A stretch of 64,000 nt of DNA from Deltaproteobacteria bacterium (GCA_032128375.1 JAQBGU010000107.1:7879-71878), one strand, 5' to 3'; positions 28,390-38,398 are shown, numbered from the stretch's first letter. Made by a program: numbers and translations. Notes: a model not told the origin generated them from the letters alone.

Positions 28390-30299
28390 TGGCTCGTCGG
28401 CAGCTTGCCGAGCAGACGCAGCAGGGCCTTGACGGCCTCGGCAATTCCGTCGCGATCGAGCCCGAACTCAGCGCGAATTTTCTGGGGGTCCCCGTGCTCG
28501 ACGATCCGATCCCCAATCGCCAGACACCGAATCGGCACCTGCACGCCCGCCTCGGCCAATACCTCCAAAACGGCCGAGCCGAACCCGCCGATTCCAGAGT
28601 GCTCTTCTACGGTCACCAGCACCGAGCAGCGTCTTGCGAGCGCCAGGATTCGGCTCTTGTCGACGGGTTTCGCAAAACGAGCGTTCAGCACGGCGATCGA
28701 GATGCCGTCTGCCGAGAGTTCTGCCGCAGCTTCCATCGCCTCGTGGGCCAACGTACCGAGCACGATGACGGCAGCATCGTCACCGTCGCGCATCAACTCG
28801 GCCTCGCCGATCGGGATGGGCTTGATGTCCGGGTCGAGCGGAACGCCGAGACCTGTGCCACGCGGGAAGCGCACTGCCGCCGGACCTGGGTATTCGACCG
28901 CCGTTCGGACCATGTGGCGCAGCTCGTTTTCGTCCTTCGGCGCCATGATCGTAATATTCGGAAGCGCGCGCAGGTAAGTCAGATCGTAGAAGCCCTGGTG
29001 GGTCGCTCCGTCTGCCCCGACGATTCCAGCACGGTCGAGCGCCAGTGTCACATCCAGATTCTGAAGGCAGACGTCGTGCACAACCTGGTCGAACGCGCGC
29101 TGCAGGAATGTCGAGTAGATGGCCGCTACCGGTTTCATCCCCTCGGATGCGAGGCCCGCCGCGAAGGTGACCGCGTGCTGTTCGGCGATCCCAACATCGT
29201 AGAAGCGGTCCGGAAAAGCCCGGCTGAAACGATCGAGCCCGGTTCCGTCCGCCATCGCAGCGGTAATCGCCAGGATTCGTTCGTCGCTCTTCGCCAGCTC
29301 AATGAGTGCATCCGCAAATACATCCTGGTACTTCGGCGGGCCCGGCTTGCTGGGGTAGAAGGCTCCTGATTCGATCTCGAATGCGCCTACGCCGTGATAC
29401 TTGAACGGATCCTGTTCAGCGGGCTCGTAACCGCGGCCCTTCGACGTCAACGCGTGCACCAGAATCGGGCCCTCCCCGTTGGCGATCATCTGCTTGACGT
29501 TGGCGAAGGTCTCGAGCAGTACGTCGACGCGATGGCCCTGGATCGGGCCGACGTACTTGAAATTCAGCGCTTCGAAGAGCATTCCCGGCAGGAAGAACAC
29601 CTTCAGGGATTCTTCGACCTTCTGCGCCCAGTGCAGCATGTCACCCGGAAGCGTACTCAGGAATTCCCTGGCAAAACCCTTCACGCGTCGAACCATCGGT
29701 TTGGAAAGTTTCCGGGACAGATAGGATGACATCGCGCCGACGTTCGGCGAGATCGACATCTCGTTGTCATTGAGAACCACAACGAGGTTCTTCTGTTGCA
29801 GATGGCCCGAATGGTTGAGCGCCTCGAACGCCATCCCCGCGGTCATCCCTCCGTCTCCGATGAACGCAATCGCGCAGCGATCGCCGTGGCCCTGGTGTTG
29901 CATCGCGCGCGCCATACCGAGTGCAGCCGAAATCGATGTCCCCGCGTGTCCAGCGCCAAACGAATCGAATTCCGACTCGGAGCGGCGCAAGAACTTCGCG
30001 ATGCCACCCTCCATGCCGATCCGATCGAAACCCTCCCGCCGGCCCGTCAACATCTTGTGTGGATAGCCCTGGTGGCCCACGTCCAGCACGAGCCTGTCGC
30101 GGGGGGTATCGAAGACATAGTGGATCGCTGTCAGCAGTTCGACGGCCCCCAGACTCGATGCCAGGTGCCCCCCGGTGCGCGATACGCGCTGGATGATCTC
30201 GGAGCGAAGCTCTTCGGTCACCATCACGACTTGTTCCCGTGTGAGCTTTCTCAAGTCCTCCGGTGACTCGATCTGATCCAGCCATCCCGCGCCGCTCAT
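28386..30299 (-). CDS. dxs: 1-deoxy-D-xylulose-5-phosphate synthase
   Basis: 637 aa. TPP-binding GDG motif (AFIGDGGMTAGMAFEALN), the HQGYPHK segment, and a transketolase-like C-terminus. Confidence 0.95.
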   Translation of the reverse strand: MSGAGWLDQIESPEDLRKLTREQVVMVTEELRSEIIQRVSRTGGHLASSLGAVELLTAIHYVFDTPRDRLVLDVGHQGYPHKMLTGRREGFDRIGMEGGIAKFLRRSESEFDSFGAGHAGTSISAALGMARAMQHQGHGDRCAIAFIGDGGMTAGMAFEALNHSGHLQQKNLVVVLNDNEMSISPNVGAMSSYLSRKLSKPMVRRVKGFAREFLSTLPGDMLHWAQKVEESLKVFFLPGMLFEALNFKYVGPIQGHRVDVLLETFANVKQMIANGEGPILVHALTSKGRGYEPAEQDPFKYHGVGAFEIESGAFYPSKPGPPKYQDVFADALIELAKSDERILAITAAMADGTGLDRFSRAFPDRFYDVGIAEQHAVTFAAGLASEGMKPVAAIYSTFLQRAFDQVVHDVCLQNLDVTLALDRAGIVGADGATHQGFYDLTYLRALPNITIMAPKDENELRHMVRTAVEYPGPAAVRFPRGTGLGVPLDPDIKPIPIGEAELMRDGDDAAVIVLGTLAHEAMEAAAELSADGISIAVLNARFAKPVDKSRILALARRCSVLVTVEEHSGIGGFGSAVLEVLAEAGVQVPIRCLAIGDRIVEHGDPQKIRAEFGLDRDGIAEAVKALLRLLGKLPTSQ

Positions 30300-31138
30300 A
30301 TACTCCTCCGAACCGCGAACTGCACCAGCTGCCGCAATGGTTCCGCTTTGTCACCCAGACAATCGAGCTCACCAAGTGCCACCACCAACAGCTCTTCGGC
30401 GCGACGCCGTGACGCATCCAACCCCAGTACCCGGACCAGTGAGCACGCATCGTCCTCGCCCTCATCGAGCACATCGTCGGCGATCTGAAACGCGACCCCG
30501 GCGGCGTAACCGCAGCGTTGGAATCGCTCTACGGTGTCTCGATCGGCCCCTGCCAGCTGGGCGCCTCCCACGATGGATGCACAGATCAGCGCGCCGGACT
30601 TGCGGCCGTGAATCGATTCGACAGCCGCGGCATCGACTCTTGTGAGGTCGAAGTCGAGGTCGTCCGCCTGGCCGCCGACCAACTGCAGCGAGCCGGCGGC
30701 CCGGGCGAGTTCGCGCATCGCGGCCAGCTTTTGTTCGGCAGACGCATCGCCATCACCGGCCGCGAGAACCTCGAAGGCTCTAGCCAACAGCGCGTCTCCC
30801 GCCAACACCGCGATCGCTTCGCCGAAAGCGACATGCACCGCTGGCACTCCTCGTCGCTCGTCGTCGTCATCCATGCAGGGGAGATCATCGTGGATCAGCG
30901 AATACGTGTGCACGAGTTCGACCGCCACCGCCATCGGCAACGCTCGCTGCGGTGGCGCACCCACCGCTTCGGCTGCGGACATCGCGAGCACCGGCCGCAG
31001 CCGTTTGCCACCGGGAAACAAGATGTGCCGCATCGCTGCGTGGAGTATTGCCGGGTCCTCGGACGCAGCGGGAATCGCAGCCTCGAGCAGCCGGTCGACC
31101 ATCGGAATGCACTCACGGAAGTAGGCGTGGACGTCCAC
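30296..31138 (-). CDS. ispA: Polyprenyl (farnesyl/geranylgeranyl) diphosphate synthase
   Basis: First DDxxD region IHDDLPCMDDDDERRG and second aspartate-rich motif FQIADDVLD. Confidence 0.9.
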   Translation of the reverse strand: MDVHAYFRECIPMVDRLLEAAIPAASEDPAILHAAMRHILFPGGKRLRPVLAMSAAEAVGAPPQRALPMAVAVELVHTYSLIHDDLPCMDDDDERRGVPAVHVAFGEAIAVLAGDALLARAFEVLAAGDGDASAEQKLAAMRELARAAGSLQLVGGQADDLDFDLTRVDAAAVESIHGRKSGALICASIVGGAQLAGADRDTVERFQRCGYAAGVAFQIADDVLDEGEDDACSLVRVLGLDASRRRAEELLVVALGELDCLGDKAEPLRQLVQFAVRRSI

Positions 31139-31470
31139 TAGTCCTCTTCCCCGGCTTCGGCGGCCTTGTCATTGTCAGCTGATAAGACGCCGTCAGCTGA
31201 TAAAAAGGGACGAGCGATCCATTTCTCGCCCTCGCGCACAAGGATTTCGATTCGGCGCTCGGCGTTCGCTAGCTCTCCTGCGCAACGTCGCGTGAGTTTC
31301 ACTCCTTCCTCGAAGTCAGCGAGTGCAGACTCGAGTTCGACATCCCCCTCTTCCAGTCGATCGACGATCAACTCCAGCCGCGCAAGGGCCTGCTCGAAAC
31401 TCGGCTCGCCCGCCGCGCCTTCTGCCGATCTGGACTGTTGCTTCGAACCCTCGGGATCGTCTTCGCTCAT
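31138..31470 (-). CDS. xseB: Exodeoxyribonuclease VII small subunit
   Basis: Core FEQALARLELIVDRLEEGDVELESALADFEEGVKLTRRC is typical XseB. ATG 31470 gives 110 aa. The ORF track extends to a TTG at 31821 (227 aa) through a repeat array, so the start is unresolved. Confidence 0.8.
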   Translation of the reverse strand: MSEDDPEGSKQQSRSAEGAAGEPSFEQALARLELIVDRLEEGDVELESALADFEEGVKLTRRCAGELANAERRIEILVREGEKWIARPFLSADGVLSADNDKAAEAGEED

Positions 31471-31494
31471 ACCTTCGACCTGCGTGCCTTTTTT

Positions 31495-31590
31495 GACTGA
31501 ATGTCTGACTGAATGTCTGACTGAATCTCTTGATGATGTCTCGCTGAATGCCTTGCTGAATGTGTTGCACGAACTCTCGCTGAAAACTTG
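31495..31590. repeat. 12-bp tandem repeat, about 8 copies decaying from perfect (gactgaatgtct)
   Basis: gactgaatgtct x2 perfect, gactgaatctct, then degenerate gctgaatg-type units. Lies in the 369-bp xseA-xseB gap, in frame with the long xseB ORF. Confidence 0.9.
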
Positions 31591-31839
31591 TCCTACCGGC
31601 TGCTTTTCCGGCTGTTCTTCGACTTCGGACGAGAAGAGCGGATCGCGCTGCGCGAGTGGAACCGCGCGGCTTGCGGCGTCGAGACGAGGAAAATTGACGA
31701 TCCCACTTGCTGCTAGTTGCTGCCGGTTTCGCCCACGCCGCCAACGCGTCAATGCTTGTGCGGCATCTACTGACTGTGCGGCCATGCTACCCATGGCTCC
31801 GGCGAGCGTCAACGGAGACAAACTTCGAACTGGCTGTTT

Positions 31840-33084
31840 TCAAAGGAGCTTTATCGTACCTGTGGGGGCGTCCAACGGCTGGACGGACGCTACGACGGCT
31901 TCGAGCTGCGCGCGTGCGAGCCGAATCGAAAGTCGATCCCCGGTGGCGAGTTGGTCCGCGGATCGCGGGATCGAACCGTCCCCCGCGTGCCGCACCAACG
32001 CATAGCCCCGACCCAACACCCCGAGTGGCGAAAGCGAGTCTAGCCTGCCGCCCAACCCGGCCAACGCCGCCCGCGCGCGAACCAAGTGTGCGCTTGCCGC
32101 GCGCCCGAGTGCGCGCGACGCGGCCTCGAAGCGCGCGCGTTGGGTCGCCAACCGCGCGGATGGAGCGAGCGCGCGCAGTGCTTCGCTCTCTTTTTCGAGT
32201 CGCGCCCGAGCGCTCTTGGTGATCGAGGCTATCGCTCGCAGCATCCGCTGCCAATCGCGTTGCAGGTGACGCGCCAGCTGGGTCCCGTCAGGCACCGCAA
32301 GTTCTGCAGCGGCCGACGGAGTCGCCGCGCGCGCGTCCGCCGCAAGGTCGGCGATCGTCACGTCTAGCTCGTGCCCCACACCCGAAATCACGGGTACCGC
32401 GGCGCGCACGATCGCGCGGGCAACCGCTTCCGAATTGAACGCAGCCAGGTCCTCGAGCGAGCCACCGCCTCGAACGAGCAAGATCAGATCGACCCCGGGC
32501 CTGCCGCTCAATCGATCGAGCGCGGCAGCGATCTCTGCATCGGATCCGTCGCCCTGCACACGGGTAGCCGAGATCGTAATGGCTGCGCCGGGGTAGCGTC
32601 GACCGGTGACGCTCAACACGTCGCGGATAGCGGCCCCAGTCGGCGAGGTGACTACACCGAGATGCCTCGGCCGTTCTGGCAACGCACGTTTGCGTCGCGG
32701 ATCGAACAATCCTTCGGCTTCGAGCCGATTGCGAAGCTGCTCGAACGCCAGTTGCAGCGCACCAAGTCCCCGCGGCTCGAGTTCGCGAACGATCAGTTGC
32801 AGATCACCGCGAGCCTCGTAAATCGAGACCTCGGCGTAGACCAATACTTCGAGTCCGTCTTCCGGATCGAACTTCAGCCGGCGCGCCGCATTGCGAAACA
32901 GCGCCGCGCGAAGCTGCCCGGAAGCGTCCTTGAGTGTGAAATAGATGTGACCGGACTTTGCCAGGTGCACGTTGCTGAGCTCGCCTACGATCCAGATACG
33001 ACCGATGCGTTGCTCGACGATCGACCGGACACCGGCCAGCACCTGCGCCACCGTGTAGATTCGCTTCGCGTCGGGCTCGCTCAT
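31840..33084 (-). CDS. xseA: Exodeoxyribonuclease VII large subunit
   Basis: 414 aa. N-terminal OB-fold segment (IWIVGELSNV...SGHIYFTLKD) and a catalytic domain with GGGSLEDL. Confidence 0.9.
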   Translation of the reverse strand: MSEPDAKRIYTVAQVLAGVRSIVEQRIGRIWIVGELSNVHLAKSGHIYFTLKDASGQLRAALFRNAARRLKFDPEDGLEVLVYAEVSIYEARGDLQLIVRELEPRGLGALQLAFEQLRNRLEAEGLFDPRRKRALPERPRHLGVVTSPTGAAIRDVLSVTGRRYPGAAITISATRVQGDGSDAEIAAALDRLSGRPGVDLILLVRGGGSLEDLAAFNSEAVARAIVRAAVPVISGVGHELDVTIADLAADARAATPSAAAELAVPDGTQLARHLQRDWQRMLRAIASITKSARARLEKESEALRALAPSARLATQRARFEAASRALGRAASAHLVRARAALAGLGGRLDSLSPLGVLGRGYALVRHAGDGSIPRSADQLATGDRLSIRLARAQLEAVVASVQPLDAPTGTIKLL

Positions 33085-33109
33085 ACCTTCTGGGGGACGG
33101 CGGCCACGT

Positions 33110-34525
33110 TCAGGGTTGATTCTCCCGCGCGTTCGCTTGCAGCGACGGGGTTTTTTCGGCGTCGCGCATGTGCTCGAAGTAGGTCCAGCTCTTCAACACT
33201 TCGAGGGCGCGCGTGAGTTGGACGTCAGGTCTTTCCGCGGTTTCGGCTTCAATCGACTCTGTCAAACGAGCGTCTGGCCCCAAGCCGTCTCCTTCGGTCG
33301 CCTCGTCCGGTGAAGCGTCGTCCTGGGTGAAGTGGCCCTCGAGATCGGACTCGCGCACTCTTCTGCGCGCTTTGCCTGTGGCGGCCACGACGACGGGGTC
33401 GACTACGATGTCCGGCGCAATCCCGACTTCTTGAATCGAGCGACCCGACGGCGTGTAATACAGCGCGGTCGTCAAGCGCAGCCCGTGATTTCCCTCGAGC
33501 GGGTAAACCGTCTGCACTGAACCCTTCCCGAACGTCTGCTGGCCGACGATCAATGCGCGGCGTTGGTCCTGGAGCGCTCCTGCGACGATCTCCGAGGCAC
33601 TCGCTGAACCCGGGTTGACCAGAACGGTGATCGGATAATTCGGTTCCGTGCCGGTAGCCTGCGCCCTGTACTCCTGACGCTGGCTGGCGTCTCGACCTTC
33701 GGTGTACACAACGAGTCCTTCGTCCAACCAGGTATCGGAAATTTTGACGGCCTGGTCGAGCAGGCCTCCCGGGTTGTCGCGCAGATCGATCACGAGACCA
33801 CGGAAGGGCTCGTCCGAATCTTCGCGCATTCGCTTCAATCCCTCCTGCAGTTCATCTACCGTCCGCTCGGCGAACGAGCGGATTCGAACGTACGCGTAGC
33901 CCGGCTCGAGCATCCGGCTGGTCACGGAAACCACCTGGACGACGTCACGCACAACCGTGAAGGGCCGAGGCTCGCTGAACCCCTCACGGTAGATCTCGAT
34001 CGTGATCTCGGTCCCGCGCCTGCCGCGCATCAGAGACACCGCCTCGATCAGCGTCATGTTCTTGGTCGCGCGACACTTCTCGTCCCAGTCTTCGGGGACC
34101 ACGGTCGGACAGATTTTGATGATCTGATCGCGCGATTCGATTCCCGCCCGGTCTGCCGGAGTGCCCTCGATTGGAGCGATTACCTCGATGTAACCATCCG
34201 GGTCTTTCGTGATCTCGATGCCGAGTCCGTGAAATTCGCCGCGGGTGTCGACCTGCATCTCCTGATACTGCTCGACGTCCAGAAACGAAGAATGCGGGTC
34301 GAGTCCGCTAAGCATCCCGCTCACGGCCCCCCGGATCAGCGTCCCATCCTCGATCGGCTCGACGTAGTGGGTGCGAACCAGCGTCAGCACATTCGTGAAC
34401 AGGCTGAGATCGTCGTACCGGGTCTGCGCCGAATTCACGATACTCGGCGACAAACCGGATACCGCCGCGGCGACCACCACGCCCGCTAAAAACGTCAACA
34501 TGAATCGAATTCTGAGTCGTCGCAT
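33110..34525 (-). CDS. S41 family C-terminal processing peptidase
   Basis: PDZ region plus S41 catalytic region (VLVNPGSASASEIVAGALQD...GKGSVQ). ATG 34525 gives a signal-anchor N-terminus. Confidence 0.9.
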   Translation of the reverse strand: MRRLRIRFMLTFLAGVVVAAAVSGLSPSIVNSAQTRYDDLSLFTNVLTLVRTHYVEPIEDGTLIRGAVSGMLSGLDPHSSFLDVEQYQEMQVDTRGEFHGLGIEITKDPDGYIEVIAPIEGTPADRAGIESRDQIIKICPTVVPEDWDEKCRATKNMTLIEAVSLMRGRRGTEITIEIYREGFSEPRPFTVVRDVVQVVSVTSRMLEPGYAYVRIRSFAERTVDELQEGLKRMREDSDEPFRGLVIDLRDNPGGLLDQAVKISDTWLDEGLVVYTEGRDASQRQEYRAQATGTEPNYPITVLVNPGSASASEIVAGALQDQRRALIVGQQTFGKGSVQTVYPLEGNHGLRLTTALYYTPSGRSIQEVGIAPDIVVDPVVVAATGKARRRVRESDLEGHFTQDDASPDEATEGDGLGPDARLTESIEAETAERPDVQLTRALEVLKSWTYFEHMRDAEKTPSLQANARENQP

Positions 34526-34671
34526 GGATCGGATCTCCGTTGGGTGCTCTCGTCTGCGGATTTCTTGTTTCTTTGGTTTTTTGCCAATCACAACTCTACC
34601 CCGTCCCGGCGCGGGCGCGAGCAAACTGTGATCGATGCTCTCGGATCTGGCTGCCCATCCGTGTCAATTCA

Positions 34672-35847
34672 TCAACTGGATTGGCTCGCTCCCATCGGAA
34701 CGAGCCAATCTGCCGGGTCTTGCGGCTCGCCGCCGTGACGAATCTCGAAGTACAGCCTGGCGCCGAGCAGAGATCCCGTGTCGCCCACCGTCCCGACCAC
34801 TGCCCCGGAAGCGACGTTATCACCGACATCGACGCGAATTTCCTCCAGGTGTCCGAGCACGGTGAAGTACTCATCGCCGTGGTCGAGGATGACAATTTTC
34901 CCGTAACCGCGAAACCAGCCGGCGAGACGGACGAGACCAGGCGCGACTGAGCGCACGGGCGTGCCCATCGCTGCATCGAACTCGACGCCCTTGTGGAAGG
35001 TCTTGGTGTGAAATTCGGCGTCGACGACCCGTCCGAAGTGTTTCGCGATCGGCGCTAGGACTGGCGGGCGCAATCGTGTGCGGAGCGACTCGAACGGTAT
35101 CGCGACAAGCTGGTACTCGGCTTTCTGTGTCGCCTCGAGCGATAGCAGGGTTTCCTCCAGCGCACGCGCAGCAATCTCCATTTCGACGAGTGCCGACCGC
35201 TCGCTCGTGCGGTCGCCTTGCAGCCGGGTGAGTAGCCGCCGCTTCACGATTCGCTCTCGCTCGAGTTGTGCCGTGCGATCGTTCAAATCTGCAAGCACCT
35301 CGTCGCGGCTTGCCAACGCATCCCGCGCCCGGGCTTCTACATCGACCAACGCCGCAGATTCGATTCGGTGTCGATCGAGTAGTTGAGCGTCGTGATCCAA
35401 CAATTGTTGCAGGGTGCGCACACGGGCGAGTAGATCCTGGATACCCTCCGCGGCGAACAGCAGCGCAACAGGCCCGATTTCGCCGGCCCGATACAACGCC
35501 ACCGCTCGGGCGGCCATTGCGCGCTCAGTGGCGCGCTGGCGCTCGAGAAGTCGGACCACCTCCAACTCGACGTTCGCAAGCGTGGAACTCGCTGCTTCAG
35601 CCCGGCGCCGGACAGACACGAGATTGTGCCGGAGCGCCGACGTGCTTCGATCGATCGCCTCCAGTGTCTCGAGCAGGCCACGTTGTTCGCGCTCGTAGGT
35701 TGCGACGCGCTCGCGACTGCCGCGGATGGCACTGCGCAACTGGTCAAGATTCTGGCCGTTGTTGTCGACGGCCAGCGCGAGACCGGTTGGCCCGACCCCG
35801 AAAGACAGCCATGCGGTCAATGCAACCGCAGCCCTGCGAGCCATCAC
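34672..35847 (-). CDS. EnvC-like murein hydrolase activator (coiled coil plus M23/LytM domain)
   Basis: Long coiled-coil N-terminal region and a C-terminal LytM-type domain (GKIVILDHGDEYFTVLGHL...LYFEIRHGG). Follows ftsEX with a 4-nt overlap. Confidence 0.8.
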   Translation of the reverse strand: MMARRAAVALTAWLSFGVGPTGLALAVDNNGQNLDQLRSAIRGSRERVATYEREQRGLLETLEAIDRSTSALRHNLVSVRRRAEAASSTLANVELEVVRLLERQRATERAMAARAVALYRAGEIGPVALLFAAEGIQDLLARVRTLQQLLDHDAQLLDRHRIESAALVDVEARARDALASRDEVLADLNDRTAQLERERIVKRRLLTRLQGDRTSERSALVEMEIAARALEETLLSLEATQKAEYQLVAIPFESLRTRLRPPVLAPIAKHFGRVVDAEFHTKTFHKGVEFDAAMGTPVRSVAPGLVRLAGWFRGYGKIVILDHGDEYFTVLGHLEEIRVDVGDNVASGAVVGTVGDTGSLLGARLYFEIRHGGEPQDPADWLVPMGASQSS

Positions 35848-36761
35848 GAGCGAAAGCCCGCGGTGATCGCACCAGCCGATCCGATCAACCCCAGTGCCGC
35901 GCCTCCGCCCACGACCATGGCCGACTCGATCGTGGAAAAAAACCGCGGCGTCGAACCGACGATCATCTCCAGACCCGACTCGAGGCCGGGTAGCGCCAGT
36001 TCAAATATCGCGAACAGGATCGCCAACGCGATGACACCGCCCGCCCCACCCTGTAACAGCCCCTCGAGCAGGAATGGAGTCCGGATGAACCCGCGGCTCG
36101 CTCCCACCAGCGACAGAATCTCCAGTTCGTCGCTGCGAGAGATGATTCCCAGCCGAATGGTGTTGGCAACGATCAGCAGCGTCGCGAGAGCCAGGATGAG
36201 TCCCAACCCCGTCCCGATCGTTCGCACCATCGATATCGCGTGGAGGTATCCCTCGACCCAGTCGCGTCCGGAACTGAGGTCGTCGATGCCAGCGAGTTCC
36301 TGGATCGATATGGACACCGCGGCCAAGCCGTCGGCTGAGCGTTTGTCGGGCGAAAGCACGATTTCGAGCGACGCGGGCAACGGGTTCGCATCCAACCCTT
36401 CGAGCAATCGAACTCCGCTTCCAACCGAAGCCCGAAACCGCTCGAGCGCCTGTTCGGGAGACACCCGACTCACTTCGGCAACGCCCGCCAACGCCGCGAC
36501 TCGGACGGCCAGATCACGCCGTGCATCCGGCGAGAGATCCGACTCGAGATAGGCGGTGATCCGCAATTCGTCGCCAAATTCGTTGATCAGTTCTTCCATG
36601 TTGTAGACGAGCAGCAGGAATGCACCGACGAGAACCAACATGACACCGATCGTCAATACCGCAACGCCAGTGGTTCCCCTGCTCGCCCACAAGCCGCGAA
36701 ACGCGGTGTGAACGAAATAGATCATCCGGTAGAGCGCGCCCGACCACACCGAACGACTCAT
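35844..36761 (-). CDS. ftsX: Cell division permease-like protein FtsX
   Basis: Four-TM FtsX topology with a large first periplasmic loop. Overlaps the ftsE stop. Confidence 0.85.
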   Translation of the reverse strand: MSRSVWSGALYRMIYFVHTAFRGLWASRGTTGVAVLTIGVMLVLVGAFLLLVYNMEELINEFGDELRITAYLESDLSPDARRDLAVRVAALAGVAEVSRVSPEQALERFRASVGSGVRLLEGLDANPLPASLEIVLSPDKRSADGLAAVSISIQELAGIDDLSSGRDWVEGYLHAISMVRTIGTGLGLILALATLLIVANTIRLGIISRSDELEILSLVGASRGFIRTPFLLEGLLQGGAGGVIALAILFAIFELALPGLESGLEMIVGSTPRFFSTIESAMVVGGGAALGLIGSAGAITAGFRS

Positions 36762-37501
36762 CGGGAAACCCCTGGCGGCCGCGCGTCTTCGGTGAGCTTA
36801 CCGCCTTCGAGCCGAAGGGTGCGCTTTCGATATCGCTTGACCAGGTCCAATTCGTGTGTCGCAACGACTACACAGGTGCCACGCAGCGCGGTGCCGGCGA
36901 TCAGATCCATGATATCGACGGTGAGATCCGGGTCGAGATTTCCGGTCGGCTCGTCAGCGAGCAGGATTTCCGGCTCGTTGACCAGTGCGCGGGCCAACGC
37001 TACGCGTTGCTGTTCGCCACCCGAAAGAGCGAGCGGATAGTGGTCTCGGCGATGTTGAAGGCCGAGCTGCTTGAGAATCGCGAAGACTTTCGCGCGTGTC
37101 TTTCGAGGCGGACACCCGGTGACATGCAGCGCCACCGCGACGTTCTCTGAGACCGTTCGTCGACTCAACAGCTTGAAATCCTGGAATACGACACCAATAC
37201 GCCGCCGCAGCGGCGGGATCGCCGATTCGCCCAGCCGCGCAATATTGCGCCCCAGTACGACAATCTGGCCTTCACTGGGTCGCTCGGCGCCGAATAGGAG
37301 ATTCAGCAGAGTCGATTTCCCGGCGCCACTCGGGCCGGTCAAGAAGACCATCTCCCCCTTCGCGAGTTCCAGGCTGATGTCGCAAAGCGCATTCGTCCCC
37401 GCCAGGTACGACTTGGAAACGTGGAACATCCGGATCGCGCCGTCGCTGCCGAGTCCGGCAGTTGCGGAACCAAAGCCCCGCATCCGCGAGCGCTGACTCA
37501 C
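36758..37501 (-). CDS. ftsE: Cell division ATP-binding protein FtsE
   Basis: Walker A GPSGAGKSTLL, signature LSGGEQQR, Walker B ILLADEPTGNLD. Start is either GTG 37501 (GTGA overlap with the upstream gene) or ATG 37429. Confidence 0.9.
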   Translation of the reverse strand: MSQRSRMRGFGSATAGLGSDGAIRMFHVSKSYLAGTNALCDISLELAKGEMVFLTGPSGAGKSTLLNLLFGAERPSEGQIVVLGRNIARLGESAIPPLRRRIGVVFQDFKLLSRRTVSENVAVALHVTGCPPRKTRAKVFAILKQLGLQHRRDHYPLALSGGEQQRVALARALVNEPEILLADEPTGNLDPDLTVDIMDLIAGTALRGTCVVVATHELDLVKRYRKRTLRLEGGKLTEDARPPGVSR

Positions 37502-38106
37502 GCTTTGGAGCGCGTTTTGACGGGCGAACGTCGGTCCGACGAGCGCTCGCGGGCCTTTTGGACCAGGTATTCCAGGATCACCTCGTCGAGTGGCTTCTGC
37601 GGGTCGATGCTGTCGCCAAATGCTGCTCTGGCGCCTGGCCGCGCGGCTTGCATGTTCAAAAGCGGCTCACCCGCCAGGCTCGGGTCGGTGTCGAATTGTG
37701 GTGTCGTCACGCTGCCGGTGATGGCGCCAGTTTGGATCAGCTGGGCAGCGGATGGGTCGGCATGCTCGGCGGCAAAAGGCTCGGCGTGCGACACCGCCGC
37801 ATCGATCTCGGGTGCTGTGACGCTCGCCCGTCGGTCAGGGAGCCGTTCCGCGATCGCAGCGTCGAATTCGCCACGTCGAAGTGCTTTTAGCATCGCCTTG
37901 TGTTGCTCTTCGATTCGGCTTCTCACTTCACGGTCGAGATCCGGCGACTCCACCGCATCCGAATAGTCCTGTTTGCGAGATCCAACGATCGTGCCGCCGG
38001 AGTAGACGTGACTGATGATGTGCGGGTTCGCGCGACCACTGTCCTCTGTCTGGACGTGGAATACCCTCTCACGGTGGCGAATATTCGTGTTGCAGCCAGT
38101 GATCAT
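37498..38106 (-). CDS. Hypothetical protein heading the ftsEX-envC-ctp cluster
   Basis: ATG 38106 gives MITGCNTNIRHRERVFHVQTEDSG..., a compact N-terminal domain followed by a low-complexity tail. Stop overlaps the ftsE GTG. No family name recognised. Confidence 0.55.
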   Translation of the reverse strand: MITGCNTNIRHRERVFHVQTEDSGRANPHIISHVYSGGTIVGSRKQDYSDAVESPDLDREVRSRIEEQHKAMLKALRRGEFDAAIAERLPDRRASVTAPEIDAAVSHAEPFAAEHADPSAAQLIQTGAITGSVTTPQFDTDPSLAGEPLLNMQAARPGARAAFGDSIDPQKPLDEVILEYLVQKARERSSDRRSPVKTRSKA

Positions 38107-38311
38107 CGCCGGTGTCGGCCCCCTGCGAACCGCTTGAACGCGCGAGTCTGGTACGCCAGCTGGCCGTTGTCGACTCGGCCTGGCAAGACTTCGCGCAATC
38201 GGGCGAGTCCATTTGGAGAATCGGCGAATTGGCAGACGAGCTGAAGCCCGACATCGTCGCATTCAGGCCCCAGGGCCCATGCAGGGGGGGGTGGAATCGG
38301 CCTCGCCGGAA

Positions 38312-38342
38312 GCCCCAACCCGCCCACTTGGCGGGTTGGGGC
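38312..38342 (-). terminator. Perfect 13-bp stem hairpin downstream of the LTD/PEP-CTERM gene
   Basis: gccccaacccgcc cactt ggcgggttggggc. Located 57 nt after the stop at 38399. No clear U-tract, so function as an intrinsic terminator is not certain. Confidence 0.5.
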
Positions 38343-38398
38343 TCGGTGGCGGCGTCGATAGGGGGGCTGGGGATCGCCGCCGGAGGGTCCTGTGGAAC

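Noticed and set aside
28239-29369. 376-aa plus-strand ORF
   Set aside because: It is antisense to dxs and has no motifs.
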